Shown here: piece after piece, positions 37,676 to 47,780 of the stretch
How positions within the stretch are numbered: position 1 is the first letter of the stretch
Layout: every line of letters begins with the position of its first letter
Source: a virus
Lineage: Duplodnaviria > Caudoviricetes
Strand: one strand, 5' to 3'
IMG/VR virus record: IMGVR_UViG_3300000530_000031
Location: 1-52,793 of that record
DNA: 52,793 bases
The notes under the pieces: generated by a model
What the model was told of the DNA's origin: nothing
Databases searched by the model: none
Seen by the model: the letters and a program-made list of their open reading frames with translations, nothing else
Translations under genes and position numbers: made by a program

Positions 37676-39009
37676 TGGAACATACCTTTGACATAGTCCA
37701 AGCCCTGCAGTATTTTCTTCTTGTCATCCTCGGCACGAGCTCGCGCTTGTGGGGTCTCTGCTTTGTCGCGTTTGGCAGCACCGATATCCTTCATGGCCTT
37801 GGCTTCGTAGATCTGCCAGAACTTGTCCAAGAAATCTTCTGCTGACGCATAGGGAGCAAGATCACCTCGACCATACATGCCGTTTAGTTCGCAACTTTCA
37901 GCAAATCCACGGACAGCGTTCACTAGATTGCTGATCTTGACTTCATCTAATTTAGACCCAGGGAATCGTTTTAACAAGGGAGATATCTTGGGTTTCGTAA
38001 TTCCCTGTTCTTCTGCTTCGTGCATGAATACGTCCCGCACAAAAGTCTCGATATTGGTGGTCAATGTGACCAGTTCATAGTCTTTGCGTGTCTTGCTGTA
38101 GGGTAGTTTAACACGATCACGCACTTTAAACTGCACACCACTGTGCTGTATGCTCATGTTCAACAGTTCACCAAACACGCTGAACATGTTGCCGTTTAAC
38201 ATACCTTTAATACCGCGTTCTGGGGTGGTGCGGAAACGACCCCAAGTGGCCAGTCGTTCGGTATGCGGCATGAGATCGACCTGTACCCAGGAATCTTGGC
38301 CTACTGCCAGTATCGGATGTCCAGCATCGCTTTCCGCATGCACATACCGTGGATGCACGGTCTTGACGAATTCATCTTCCAATCGATACCAAAATGTCTG
38401 CGCCTGTGCCATGGTCAAGCCCTGTGTGGCTTCTATGTCAGGTACGATGATCTGTAGATCGATATCACCATAGATCTTGTCTTCGGGATCTACATCGTGA
38501 TAAGCACTGGATCCAGTGGGGTAGCCCATCTGTATCGGGGGTATGTTTTTTGTTTTAAGAAATCTGTTGAAATCTTGGACGAACTGTTGTGCTACAGTCA
38601 GCGCAGCTTTGACCACGCTGGGGTGTATGACTGTACCTTGAGTGACTATTGTGTCCCAACCGCCTTCCCAGACCATCTCTTGTTCACCGCGATGCTTGTT
38701 CCAAAACCCTGCACCTGCTGCTGTCTGCGAAGGGCTACGCAGTATCTTGAAACCTAGTTCTTTCATGTAATCGTACATGACCCGTGCTATGCCCTGTCCA
38801 CGATAGCGTTCTTCAACACGTAGATCCAGTGATTCGAGGTAATTGCCGTTCCTCATGAATAATACTGATCCCAGTTCCCGACCGTGTGCATAGGCAGTGA
38901 CATGTATTTCTTGGTTGGAGATGGGATTGGCTTCTAAAGTAATGCCATCACGTTCAGCAGTGGTCACTGATGTCAGTTTGTTTTCTATGATTATATCACG
39001 TATTTTCAT
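37672..39009 (-). CDS. GNAT acetyltransferase fused to a Pol-beta-type nucleotidyltransferase
   Basis: VEERYRGQGIA ... QT.AG.GFW (GNAT); TGSS...YGDID and VQVDL (NTase). Confidence 0.7.
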   Translation of the reverse strand: MKIRDIIIENKLTSVTTAERDGITLEANPISNQEIHVTAYAHGRELGSVLFMRNGNYLESLDLRVEERYRGQGIARVMYDYMKELGFKILRSPSQTAAGAGFWNKHRGEQEMVWEGGWDTIVTQGTVIHPSVVKAALTVAQQFVQDFNRFLKTKNIPPIQMGYPTGSSAYHDVDPEDKIYGDIDLQIIVPDIEATQGLTMAQAQTFWYRLEDEFVKTVHPRYVHAESDAGHPILAVGQDSWVQVDLMPHTERLATWGRFRTTPERGIKGMLNGNMFSVFGELLNMSIQHSGVQFKVRDRVKLPYSKTRKDYELVTLTTNIETFVRDVFMHEAEEQGITKPKISPLLKRFPGSKLDEVKISNLVNAVRGFAESCELNGMYGRGDLAPYASAEDFLDKFWQIYEAKAMKDIGAAKRDKAETPQARARAEDDKKKILQGLDYVKGMFQ

Positions 39010-39680
39010 TATTTAGATTCTCTATAAAGTGCTTGTGTGTCACTGGTAAATCCTAGATCGATTACCACTGGACGTCCTTGATATATCCCCCAGTTAGCCG
39101 CTCTAACGAAATCGTTTAACTCAATGTCAAAAGAACCAGATAATTCTGCTAGAGTATTTGCGTACTCAGTACACTGTTCTATTTCATCGTCAGTTTTACC
39201 AATCTCTCGCATTTTCTCTTGGTATGCCCTTGGTTGGTCTAAAAATAATTGTCTGCCTTCGATCGAACGAGCATAGCTGATTAAAAAATTTAAATTAGGG
39301 CATTTGATCAAATCACAGAGTTCTGTCTCGCGTGTTGGTCTTGCCAGCTCGGTCTGCACCCATAATGGCTGTGTATGCTCTCTGTCGTAGTCGATCAAAG
39401 GTATGAGTATGTGCAATTGGCTAGCATAGCCATCATCTAAAATTCTCACCTCTTCAGCGTTCTGCGCTAGCCCTTTGCGATTTTTAGCGATCTTAAGCAC
39501 AGTCTGGCGGCCTTGATATTCGATGGTCATGGCTACACGACTGGAGCCTGCGCCGATCTTTTGGGCACGATCTAGTGCATAGGCCAGTCGGCTTTTAAAT
39601 GTAGTTCCCTGTTGCTTAAATTCTGCCGGATCCCAGTCTGGGGGTAGTGGGGCTTCAGATAGGATATCTTGTACTTTCAC
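39009..39680 (-). CDS. Protein-kinase-like protein
   Basis: IGAGSSRVA (G-loop), VLKIA, N.EE, DF.RAANWG and VIDLG. Confidence 0.75.
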   Translation of the reverse strand: MKVQDILSEAPLPPDWDPAEFKQQGTTFKSRLAYALDRAQKIGAGSSRVAMTIEYQGRQTVLKIAKNRKGLAQNAEEVRILDDGYASQLHILIPLIDYDREHTQPLWVQTELARPTRETELCDLIKCPNLNFLISYARSIEGRQLFLDQPRAYQEKMREIGKTDDEIEQCTEYANTLAELSGSFDIELNDFVRAANWGIYQGRPVVIDLGFTSDTQALYRESK

Positions 39681-40441
39681 AGCATGTGTCCCATCTGTCT
39701 AAACCATGCAGCTGTTCCTGGTGTTGCCTGCTCAGGAAGAGTCAGCAATCCCTTCTGCACATCCTGTTGTGCCTGTGCCAGTTTACCTGCACGATCAGGA
39801 TCACCTTCTAATGATTTCATTACACTAGCAACAGAATTTAATGCATCACCGCGTGCACCAGGATTCAGCAATATTTTAGCTGCTTGATCTCTGGTGTCAG
39901 CTACTACCTCGTTCGTATCTCTGCGTATAAGTCGACCACTGAACGCATCTACTTTGAGTCCTAAGAATTTTGCTATAGAGCTTAATAATATATATAAGTG
40001 TCCGGCCTTGAATGCAGGATCATTATAACTACCACGCGGGCCATGCTGGTGCCAGGGTGCTACACGCTCTGCATCGGCTATGACCATGATGTCTACCTGT
40101 GCATATCGGGTAGTATTATCAATTTTATATGGTACATCGACATGCACATTACGACCCGACAGTTTGGTCTTGTAACCGCGTGCATAAAAATACTGTGCTA
40201 AACTGATCTTGGCAGCTTTAACATCATCTGTCGCATAATGTTTTAACAGTGCTTGTTCGTCTAGAAATAGATCGATATCACCGGACTCTACTTTATAACC
40301 AGCTGATCCTATATCTGCTATGGTCTTTTTACGTAAGTCGTTGGGCAGTAATGTACGCACTTCATCAACGATACCAGCAACAGAATCGCGCGGGACTGGC
40401 GCAGTATCATCAAAAACATTACCGCCTTCTAATAAAATCAT
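39677..40441 (-). CDS. Pol-beta-type nucleotidyltransferase
   Basis: IGSAG...SGDIDL and AQVDIM. Confidence 0.7.
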   Translation of the reverse strand: MILLEGGNVFDDTAPVPRDSVAGIVDEVRTLLPNDLRKKTIADIGSAGYKVESGDIDLFLDEQALLKHYATDDVKAAKISLAQYFYARGYKTKLSGRNVHVDVPYKIDNTTRYAQVDIMVIADAERVAPWHQHGPRGSYNDPAFKAGHLYILLSSIAKFLGLKVDAFSGRLIRRDTNEVVADTRDQAAKILLNPGARGDALNSVASVMKSLEGDPDRAGKLAQAQQDVQKGLLTLPEQATPGTAAWFRQMGHML

Positions 40442-40893
40442 AATGCATGAACAGGTTCTTCGCGAACCTTACCTAAATCTGCTAATCTGTCGTAATATTG
40501 ATTGATTTTTCTAATATTTTCAGGGCGTTGTACAGGATATAGTCCGGTTGCTCGATCTCGTTTTACCTGCCCTTGTAATTCTTGTGGTAACTTAGTAAGA
40601 TAATATCCTGTTGAACGTATGATAACATCGATAGTGGGATTTTCAGGATCAGCAAATCTATATTGTCTGTTAGGGGTTGATGCTAGTGTTTGGCTTATAT
40701 CAGTGGCGGCAGATGTAGCTGCAGTTGTTTGTTTAGGTCCTAATGAACGATATCGATCGACAATAGCCTGTTGTCTAGCTTGATAATCCCGGTAACGTTG
40801 TTCCTGTTCATCGTCGTCACTGCGTTGTCTATTTGGGTTTAGTCTATCTTTTATTTCGTTGCTTAACCCTTTGAAAATTTCATTGACCTTCAT
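40438..40893 (-). CDS. Hypothetical protein
   Basis: Start at the ATG of MKVNEIF. Confidence 0.65.
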   Translation of the reverse strand: MKVNEIFKGLSNEIKDRLNPNRQRSDDDEQEQRYRDYQARQQAIVDRYRSLGPKQTTAATSAATDISQTLASTPNRQYRFADPENPTIDVIIRSTGYYLTKLPQELQGQVKRDRATGLYPVQRPENIRKINQYYDRLADLGKVREEPVHAL

Positions 40894-41131
40894 TTTTAAG
40901 TTTCCTAACACCGCGTGAGAATTTAGCAGGTTCTTGTGTGCGTATACTGTTTAATAGTCTGCGTTCAAGCTCTAGTGCCTGCTCAGCATCGTAATTTTCT
41001 TTGATGTAGTTGATTAGGTTAATAGCGCCTTGAATAACATGTGCAGCACGGCTTTCTACTATGCTGGCTGTATCTCTGCTGGTCCGTAAATCTGCCAGCT
41101 CATCTAATATACTACGTGTACGTTTCTGCAA
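40880..41131 (-). CDS. Conserved hypothetical phage protein
   Basis: TTG start with GGAG RBS; upstream TATAAATA at 41154-41161. Confidence 0.7.
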   Translation of the reverse strand: MQKRTRSILDELADLRTSRDTASIVESRAAHVIQGAINLINYIKENYDAEQALELERRLLNSIRTQEPAKFSRGVRKLKNEGQ

Positions 41132-41169
41132 AATTTTGCTCCAAATATATGATTATTTATAACAAATAA

Positions 41170-42174
41170 TCATTTTATTTTATTCAAATTTTTTAGATTT
41201 TCGATTAATTGTGTTATATTTTTAGCAAGATTTAGATTATTTTCAAATCGATCAGAAAACATCTGGTGAAATTTTTTTTGTAACTGTACATCGGACAGGA
41301 ATTTTATGTTACTTTTAAAAGCTTCAACCACACGCATTCCTGGATGTTCTATGTATTGATAGCTGTGATCTAACACATCGTCAAAAATATCAAATCCAAG
41401 TTTTTTTACTGTTTCGGGCAATCGCCAGGCACCCGGCCAGATCATAAAATGTCTTGCATATATTGCCATTAAAGTTTTTTCTGTTAGCATGTTACCTCTT
41501 TCAAAAAAACAAGGTTCCGTGACTATTGATATTAAAGAGTTCTTATATAAACGAGAATATAAAAATTGGTAAGCTGTTGCATTACTACCTGCATAGTTTA
41601 CTACTGCTCCCCATGGTTCTTTTTTTCCTAAGTGATTAATGAAGAAATGTTGCTCCGGGAGATATTTTGTTAAATCAAAATTATAATCAGTACCTAAAAG
41701 CAACTCCGACGATATTACATCATGCGGTACCATATCGTTAGTATTATATGAATAAACGATTTCATTTTTATCAAATAAATTAGCTATTATTGTAGAGCAC
41801 AAAGTTCTGTGATATCTCGCTTTGTTAGACATAAAAGTAAATTTATATTTTATGTCATTATGATTTAAATCTTTACAATCACAAACTAAAAATTCTCTGG
41901 CATTTCTAATAAAAATATTTTTTTTAACATCGATTTCAAAATTTGTAAAATCCTCAAATAATAGATAATGGTCAGATATAAAGGTCTTGTTTTTGAATTC
42001 AAATCCTGCTTTATCAAATAATTCGATTATTGTATTTTTAAAATATACAAATTTTCCTTTTATTGAGATCCTGATCTCCTCAGACACAGGCATATGATCA
42101 GCGAGTATGATTGTATCTCTCTCATTGAATGTTATATCTAGTTGTTTGGTATTTGTTTTTATAGTTGGCATCAC
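41170..42174 (-). CDS. Glycosyltransferase-like (GT10-like C-terminus) protein
   Basis: NKARYHR and IVTEP...LTEKT...GFDIFDDVLDHSYQ; AT-rich paralog of 29030 and 30758. Confidence 0.5.
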   Translation of the reverse strand: MMPTIKTNTKQLDITFNERDTIILADHMPVSEEIRISIKGKFVYFKNTIIELFDKAGFEFKNKTFISDHYLLFEDFTNFEIDVKKNIFIRNAREFLVCDCKDLNHNDIKYKFTFMSNKARYHRTLCSTIIANLFDKNEIVYSYNTNDMVPHDVISSELLLGTDYNFDLTKYLPEQHFFINHLGKKEPWGAVVNYAGSNATAYQFLYSRLYKNSLISIVTEPCFFERGNMLTEKTLMAIYARHFMIWPGAWRLPETVKKLGFDIFDDVLDHSYQYIEHPGMRVVEAFKSNIKFLSDVQLQKKFHQMFSDRFENNLNLAKNITQLIENLKNLNKIK

Positions 42175-43568
42175 TGTTTTGATTTTAACCCAGCTAGCAT
42201 TTGTTTAAGTTTAGTGCTTTCTACTGAAACCGACGGTGGGGGCGCCTCCGTATGTTCATCTTTTTTAACTACTGTGTTGGTTTTAATGTTATTTAAGATA
42301 TTTTGTGCAGGTTTATATCCACCGGCAGTTTCCTGTGCATCTTCACCGGGATCGGTAATACGTAGACTTTCAATATTAAATTCTAAATCTACTTTTTGCC
42401 CTACACCTGAGCTACTACGAGTTTTCATCAACTGTATCTGATAACGCCCGCGTTCACGCATAGCACGACTAGTAAAGATACCAAAGACATTATCTGCTGT
42501 GTTAATCTTCGAAATACCACCGGATATATGGCTATGATCAAACTCAATCTCTTCTACCGCCGATCTGTTTAGCTGGCTAGCAGTGATCATTAATATGTTA
42601 AATTCTCTTGCTAGGTTACGCAGTTCTTCGGATACGTATTTGTCTTTGACAAATAAATCACTAGGCGATACCTTTGCTGACACTGGCATGACCAAATCTA
42701 AATAGTCTACCATGATAAAATCTGTTTTCTGCCCTGTCTGTATCTCCAGCTCTTTGAGGTAAGCACGTATGTGATTGACGTTACTCTGTGCGGGCATGTA
42801 TTTGATACGCAGTTTACCCGACTTCTTGCCTACCATCTTAACTTTAAGTTCTAGGGTATCTAGATCCTTAAATATCTCTTTGGTGCTCATGTTAGCTACC
42901 ATGGCATCCATACGCATAGCAGTCAGTTCTTCGGAAAGTTCTAGTGTCAGGAACACACCGTTCAACCCCTGTGTCATCCAATTAATAGCTATGTTCTGCA
43001 TGAATAACGATTTTCCCGAACCCGATCCACCAGCAAATATATTCAGTTCTCCACGATTCATACCGCCAAACAATCTAGAATCCAATGTGGGCCAGCCCGT
43101 AGACACCTGTCCGTTGTTACTTTTGATTTTTAACAGACGGGATCTTGGATCTTCGAAATAGTCAGTACCCATGTCTTTGGTTAAGCTGATCTGTACAGCA
43201 TCTTTGATCAGTTTTTCCACAGGATCATACTCGCCCTTTTCTAACAAGTCGGCTGCTTTCAATATCGCACGCTCCAGCTCTTGTCTACGACTAAATCCTT
43301 CAAATTCTGTTAAAAACCAATCATAGTGCCCTTCTTTCAGTTCAGGTATGGGTTTGAGTTCTACTCCAGTTTCTGCCTGTATCTGTTCGTAAGTAGGCAA
43401 GGTCTTGTATTTTTCACCATGTTCTTTGATAAAGCGTGCCACTGGTCGTAGCGAACGATCAAAGTTCTCAGCATTATATATGTTCTGTACACGCACAAAA
43501 CTCTGTGCATCTGTTAACATAATTTCTAAAAATAGTTTCTGTAGATCTGCGTTATATTCTTTAGTCAT
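42171..43568 (-). CDS. Replicative DnaB-family helicase (T4 gp41-like)
   Basis: STGW..LD, GGSGSGKS (Walker A), TLELSE, VDYLD, TASQLNR and KTR motifs. Confidence 0.95.
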   Translation of the reverse strand: MTKEYNADLQKLFLEIMLTDAQSFVRVQNIYNAENFDRSLRPVARFIKEHGEKYKTLPTYEQIQAETGVELKPIPELKEGHYDWFLTEFEGFSRRQELERAILKAADLLEKGEYDPVEKLIKDAVQISLTKDMGTDYFEDPRSRLLKIKSNNGQVSTGWPTLDSRLFGGMNRGELNIFAGGSGSGKSLFMQNIAINWMTQGLNGVFLTLELSEELTAMRMDAMVANMSTKEIFKDLDTLELKVKMVGKKSGKLRIKYMPAQSNVNHIRAYLKELEIQTGQKTDFIMVDYLDLVMPVSAKVSPSDLFVKDKYVSEELRNLAREFNILMITASQLNRSAVEEIEFDHSHISGGISKINTADNVFGIFTSRAMRERGRYQIQLMKTRSSSGVGQKVDLEFNIESLRITDPGEDAQETAGGYKPAQNILNNIKTNTVVKKDEHTEAPPPSVSVESTKLKQMLAGLKSKQ

Positions 43569-43573
43569 ATCTA

Positions 43574-44608
43574 TTAATTATATAATTTTTTCTTGTGTAG
43601 TTCAATTTTTAATCTACTCGATTGACGCGATTCTAATACGGTTTTTAATACAAATAACTTGCCATACTTAACTACTGCTTCTGACACATCCTTGCAGGTC
43701 TCATGCCAGATGGGGAAACTCACTGACCACCCATATTCGATGGCTGCGTCTACTAATTTTACTCCTGCACGATCTCTGTCAGGGACTACTATAACTTCTC
43801 GTGCTAGACTGTCAATGATGTCGGCTTGCGTTTCGCTGCACTCGTTGCTTAATACGGCTACTCCATCTATGGCCATGGCATCAAAAGGTCCTTCTACTAC
43901 TATGACAAATTTCTTTTCCGGAGTCTGTTGATCTACATTAAACACAAAATTGGGTTCATAGTCACTGTAGTACTTGGGTTTGATACCTTCCACTGTTGCC
44001 CGGGCTGTGCTACCTATCAACTGCCCCTGCCAATAGAAAGGGATGATCACACGCCGATGATAATTGTGCTCTTGATCGCTGGTCCAGTAAAAATTGTATT
44101 TTTCCTCGCTGACAGTGATCTTGCGCTGTATTACATAATCCACAGCTAGTGTTAAATCCTCTGGTATGTTTTCATAATCCTGCATCTTATACCAGGCGCT
44201 GAGTTCGGTAAAACTTTTTGCACCTTCGGGCAAAGGTCTAGGTTTGAATACGATCTCTTCTCGGGTTTCTTCCGAGGTAGATTCCGGTGTAACTAGCTCA
44301 CGGATTCGTATGGCTTCGATTACCAAACGCTTTACTGTAGTGTCATCTGCTCCTAACCACGCCAGAAGTTTACGGAATTTATAGTTTAAATGCCTACCAG
44401 GTGTGTAATTGGCTTTATAATTACAATTGAAACAATGATACGAGGTACCACCATCTGCGTTAAACACAAAGCCGCCGCGGCCACGTGTGTCTGCAGATTC
44501 GCCATTATGAGTGCAACAAGGTGCATTAAAACTAACCCATCCGCTGGAGTTAGTCTTGCGTCGTGCGGGCAGCAACTGTTGTACCGCTTCTTGGATAGTC
44601 TTTAGCAT
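43574..44608 (-). CDS. DNA primase (T4 gp61-like)
   Basis: Zn-binding PCC...HCFNC; RVIIPF, KY; TOPRIM VEGPFD, PDRD.AG and KD. Confidence 0.92.
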   Translation of the reverse strand: MLKTIQEAVQQLLPARRKTNSSGWVSFNAPCCTHNGESADTRGRGGFVFNADGGTSYHCFNCNYKANYTPGRHLNYKFRKLLAWLGADDTTVKRLVIEAIRIRELVTPESTSEETREEIVFKPRPLPEGAKSFTELSAWYKMQDYENIPEDLTLAVDYVIQRKITVSEEKYNFYWTSDQEHNYHRRVIIPFYWQGQLIGSTARATVEGIKPKYYSDYEPNFVFNVDQQTPEKKFVIVVEGPFDAMAIDGVAVLSNECSETQADIIDSLAREVIVVPDRDRAGVKLVDAAIEYGWSVSFPIWHETCKDVSEAVVKYGKLFVLKTVLESRQSSRLKIELHKKKLYN

Positions 44609-44615
44609 AGGTACT

Positions 44616-44644
44616 AGTATATATTAGTACCTAGCTAAAATCAA
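44616..44644 (-). promoter_or_regulatory. sigma70-type promoter for the primase-helicase operon
   Basis: TTGATT-17-TATACT, 7 nt before the ATG; embedded in the inverted repeat TAGGTACTA/TAGTACCTA. Confidence 0.7.
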
Positions 44645-44661
44645 CCAATTTGGCAATAGCT

Positions 44662-47265
44662 TTATGCGTGCTTAAATTTAAAGGTACAGCCGATATATAA
44701 TTGTGCCGACGTAAACGACATATTATTGGAGCCAATATAATTTAAAGAATTCGTCCCAGACGGACTATTTGCTATTTTAAAAGAAGTTGAAGATGCCGGA
44801 ACAATACCGTATACAGGGGATAGTACATTCGAGGTCCCAGTCCACATAACCGAAGTTCCGGCTGCCGGTATCACCTTGCCTATATCTGTCCAACTGCTCT
44901 GGGGAGATCCGATTTGTGTGCCGATAGGATGGAATGTGGTATCGATTTGTATACCGGCCGGTAATTGGAATATATAATCGCCTGATCCAGCTGAACCAGT
45001 AGGACTGCTGTATGATATGACCAGTTGGCAATAAGCCCAACCGCTGCCATCATCTTCGACCATAATGGTATCAACTAAGTTAACTCCAGCTAGGTATGGG
45101 TTTGTAGTTGTTGCAGTAATCGTATTATAAGTGGTAATTGAACTGGCACCATTTAACTGTTGCCATGTGCCTAATGTACTACCACTGATAAATGTATTAC
45201 CTGCTGTGATAGCGCCATTGGCCTGATACAATGCATTGTTGTGTACCACAATAGTACCGCTGGCATAGCTGTTATTATTAGAATAGGTTGGCTGTATCAC
45301 ACCAACGAATGCCGATGATGCTGTGGTGCCTATCTGCTTGATATAGACCGCTCCGTCACTGGAATATGAGCCGACTCCATCTGTTGTTACAATACTATTA
45401 CCTTGGGTAAGCGATAGTTTGACATAAGTATCAACTGTTGGAGTATAGATAGCGTATGCAACGACATCACTGGTATTGTTAGTAGAGGTGGCCGATGCGC
45501 TGATGCCTGGTGACCCCAACAGAGTATTACCTGTCGTTTGCCATTGGTATTCTGCCCAATCACTTCTAATATTAATAGAGGCAAACAACTCGTAGGTATC
45601 ACCGGCGTTTAGTAATACCGTGTTACCGTTAGTCACTGGCATATTACCAGTTACAGTATACAATTGGTAGTCTCCTACGTTTGCCAAGGTACCAACTATA
45701 TATTGCCCATAACTTGTTGCATTTAGGGTATTAGCATAAGGTGTGCCATTACTCCAAAAGAATCCGTTGGCACTTAATACGGATCCAGCAACATTCACAG
45801 TGTCAGCAGTTATATTACCCGAATAGGTAGTAAGATACTCAGCCACTTGTGTATTACCATAATTTCCGGCGATAGGTGACCCATCAACATTTAATGTATT
45901 ACCGGTGACAGAAACAGGAACACCACCCATGTAGATAGTATTGGCGCTGACATATAGACTGTGCCACTGCTGTGTTGGGCTACCTAGACTATAAGTGATG
46001 TTTGCCGCAGGTACTATGTTACCAGTGGTAATAGTTTCAAGTAAGTAAGCTGAAACATTTGTGTTACTATAAACTTCACTTTGTAGTGTAACAATCGCAG
46101 TATTAGCTGCTGCTAGATTAGCATCTGTATTGGTGATGCTGGTGTACAGAGACGAGATGTTTGCATTGGCCCAGGTCTCGTAAGCACCGACATTAGCGTT
46201 GATACTTGCTATAGATGCGTTGGCGTATGTTTCAAAAGCACCTAGATTGGCATCGACGGAAGTTATCGCTGTATTTGCATATATTTCATATGCGCCAATA
46301 TTAGCATCTAACAGTGTAACGGCTGTGTTAGCCGCAGTTACATTGGCATTTACTGAATCTAAAATACTTAACCCGGGATAGGCTGTGGTCTGCACAGTAT
46401 AATCGGGAAATATCACCGCGCCGTCCGTACCGCGTACCTGTATAAATTTACTGCTGGTTCCCAAAAACAAACTGGTATTTGTTGCGGCAAATACCTGTGC
46501 TGTATTATAAAAAGATGTAGGGATATTTACTACACCATTGTTATCTAATAATAATTTATAAGTACCGTTGTTTAATTGATCTGTGTTGGCCTGTAGTGCT
46601 TGTATAGCAGTATTAGCAGTAGTTATATCTGCGTAAAGACCCGAGACGTTTGCATTAGCCCAGAATTCATATGAACTTACATTAGCTTCTAAGCTGTTAA
46701 TATTAGCAGATAGGTTAGCTATCTGCCCACTCAGTACCAATTCATTTTGATTTAGTGTCTGTATATCTGTATAAAGTACAGCAGCGTTGGCTTGCCATGC
46801 ACTAGATACACCAGCTATTTCGGCTTCTTGATTGGCAGCATTAGCCAGCAGTGTGTTGATATTAGCTGCAAATGTAGCGTCTATACCAGTGATTGTGCTG
46901 ATGCTGTTGGCTATACCGCCGAGATTGCCCTGTATAGCAGTGATCGTAGGATCTAAGGGTAAGTATGCGGCTACATTAGCGTTTGAGTATACAGTGGACT
47001 GTAGTGTAGCGATAGCTAGATTAATGGCTGTTACATTACCGGAAAGATAAGCAGAAAGATTAGCTGCATTACTGTTGATCAGATCCGTGGTCGCGCCATT
47101 TACCAAGACTACACTACCACCAGGCGTGACCCCGTCTTGCACACGGATAGTTTCTAGATCAGTGTCTAATACTATCTCACCAACAGGACCTACGTATTGG
47201 CTGGTCACAGCAGTGTTGCCGCGCTTTAATAATATCTGTCTTACATTTACATTAGCTACTGTCAT
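44662..47265 (-). CDS. Tail fibre protein
   Basis: LKRG...Y.G..GEI.LDTD..IRVQDGVTPGG; AN-rich coil; GNIVP.ANITYSLGS...W.SLYV; beta-rich C-terminal head. Confidence 0.85.
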   Translation of the reverse strand: MTVANVNVRQILLKRGNTAVTSQYVGPVGEIVLDTDLETIRVQDGVTPGGSVVLVNGATTDLINSNAANLSAYLSGNVTAINLAIATLQSTVYSNANVAAYLPLDPTITAIQGNLGGIANSISTITGIDATFAANINTLLANAANQEAEIAGVSSAWQANAAVLYTDIQTLNQNELVLSGQIANLSANINSLEANVSSYEFWANANVSGLYADITTANTAIQALQANTDQLNNGTYKLLLDNNGVVNIPTSFYNTAQVFAATNTSLFLGTSSKFIQVRGTDGAVIFPDYTVQTTAYPGLSILDSVNANVTAANTAVTLLDANIGAYEIYANTAITSVDANLGAFETYANASIASINANVGAYETWANANISSLYTSITNTDANLAAANTAIVTLQSEVYSNTNVSAYLLETITTGNIVPAANITYSLGSPTQQWHSLYVSANTIYMGGVPVSVTGNTLNVDGSPIAGNYGNTQVAEYLTTYSGNITADTVNVAGSVLSANGFFWSNGTPYANTLNATSYGQYIVGTLANVGDYQLYTVTGNMPVTNGNTVLLNAGDTYELFASINIRSDWAEYQWQTTGNTLLGSPGISASATSTNNTSDVVAYAIYTPTVDTYVKLSLTQGNSIVTTDGVGSYSSDGAVYIKQIGTTASSAFVGVIQPTYSNNNSYASGTIVVHNNALYQANGAITAGNTFISGSTLGTWQQLNGASSITTYNTITATTTNPYLAGVNLVDTIMVEDDGSGWAYCQLVISYSSPTGSAGSGDYIFQLPAGIQIDTTFHPIGTQIGSPQSSWTDIGKVIPAAGTSVMWTGTSNVLSPVYGIVPASSTSFKIANSPSGTNSLNYIGSNNMSFTSAQLYIGCTFKFKHA

Positions 47266-47756
47266 AGTGTTCCACCATCAATCACTGAATTATCCACACC
47301 TGGGCTGGGTTCTGTTATGCTATAGTAAGCTGGCATGACCTTGAGATCCAGGTTCACACCATAGTTATCGTCGACGTAAGCAGGTGCTTGGCTGTTGGTC
47401 GTCAACTGTATAGTGCGTGTGGTCAGCTTGTAAAATCTGTTTTCTAAGCTGTTGAGCGTCGTAGCATCCAAGACCACAGTTCCCTGCCCTTGTGAGATAT
47501 TACTAAAGTTTACAGCATAGCTTTTTACAGTCACTTGATTAGTAGGATCTTGTATATCCAATTGCATGCTGTAACCTGTTAGATTCACAGGTTTCTGATC
47601 CTGGTTCATGACTTGTATCTGTATGGGATTGTCTATACCTTGATAGACTTTTATTTCGCGGCTGTACACTACTCTGTTCCTTGTAGTAAATATGCTGGGA
47701 TCCAAAATTTGAACCTCTAGAGCATTTGGGTATAAATACGATTTAATATAGATCAT
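47262..47756 (-). CDS. Virion structural protein (Ig/BppU-like)
   Basis: YQGIDN.I...V.NQDQKPVNLTG; upstream TATAAATA at 47764-47771. Confidence 0.65.
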   Translation of the reverse strand: MIYIKSYLYPNALEVQILDPSIFTTRNRVVYSREIKVYQGIDNPIQIQVMNQDQKPVNLTGYSMQLDIQDPTNQVTVKSYAVNFSNISQGQGTVVLDATTLNSLENRFYKLTTRTIQLTTNSQAPAYVDDNYGVNLDLKVMPAYYSITEPSPGVDNSVIDGGTL

Positions 47757-47780
47757 TTAATAGTATTTATACAGGCGACA

